Source of the DNA: a virus
Taxonomy: Duplodnaviria; Heunggongvirae; Uroviricota; Caudoviricetes
Length of the DNA stretch: 7,256 nucleotides
IMG/VR virus record: IMGVR_UViG_2698536480_000006
Direction: 5' to 3' (one strand)
The notes under the pieces were generated by a model. That model was not told where the DNA came from, did no database searches, and saw only the letters and a list, made by a program, of their open reading frames with translations. Shown here one piece after another: positions 7,038 to 7,256 of the stretch (positions are counted from its first letter, which is position 1; the number at the start of each line of letters is the position of its first letter). The position numbers and the translations under genes are program-made.

Positions 7038-7256
7038 ATGTTTCATTGTCCTTTATGCCAGCATGCCGCACATGCGCGTACAAGTCGCTATATCACTGAC
7101 ACGACAAAAGAGCGTTATCACCAGTGTCAGAACGTGAATTGCAGCGCCACGTTCATCACTTATGAGTCGGTACAGCGATACATCGTGAAGCCGGGAGAAG
7201 TCCACGCCGTGAGGCCGCACCCGTTGCCGTCAGGGCAGCAAATTATGTGGATGTGA
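7038..7256 (+). CDS. ogr: Late gene transcriptional activator Ogr (Cys4 zinc-finger), 72 aa
   Basis: MFHCPLCQHAAHARTSRYITDTTKERYHQCQNVNCSATF... with the C-X2-C-X22-C-X4-C zinc-binding motif; matches P2 Ogr by recalled sequence and length. The start is moved from the ORF-track ATG at 6975 to 7038 because of the RBS and the 72-aa family length. Confidence 0.93.
   Translation: MFHCPLCQHAAHARTSRYITDTTKERYHQCQNVNCSATFITYESVQRYIVKPGEVHAVRPHPLPSGQQIMWM

Noticed and set aside
1-7256. CRISPR arrays, tRNA or other RNA genes, insertion sequences, toxin-antitoxin or defence cargo
   Set aside because: No direct-repeat/spacer periodicity, no tRNA-like cloverleaf candidates, no transposase-like ORF and no unassigned intergenic space larger than about 80 bp; every substantial ORF is accounted for by the tail module, invertase and ogr.

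Overview
This window is the tail-assembly and late-control end of a P2-like (Peduovirus-type) enterobacterial prophage, and every gene is on the + strand. In order: a Gin/Hin/Pin-family serine DNA invertase (1..594), tail sheath FI (654..1844), tail tube FII (1857..2375), tail chaperone E (2432..2707) with its -1 frameshift product E+E' (2432..2859), tape measure T (2852..5299), tail protein U (5314..5793), tail protein D (5793..6956) and the zinc-finger late activator Ogr (7038..7256). Protein lengths (396, 172, 91, 142, 815, 159, 387, 72 aa) match the P2 homologues as I recall them; this is memory, not a database search. I do not see a novel system here: the tail operon is canonical, and there is no CRISPR array, tRNA, toxin-antitoxin pair or recognisable defence cargo. 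The most notable point is that a DNA invertase occupies the slot between the tail-fibre genes and FI (where P2 itself carries Z/fun), which implies an invertible tail-fibre host-range segment just upstream of the window. Smaller observations are a perfect 25-bp palindrome inside the invertase gene, the T_TTT_TTG frameshift site, a GC-rich hairpin between FII and E, a candidate ogr promoter, and a lysine-rich segment in gpD.
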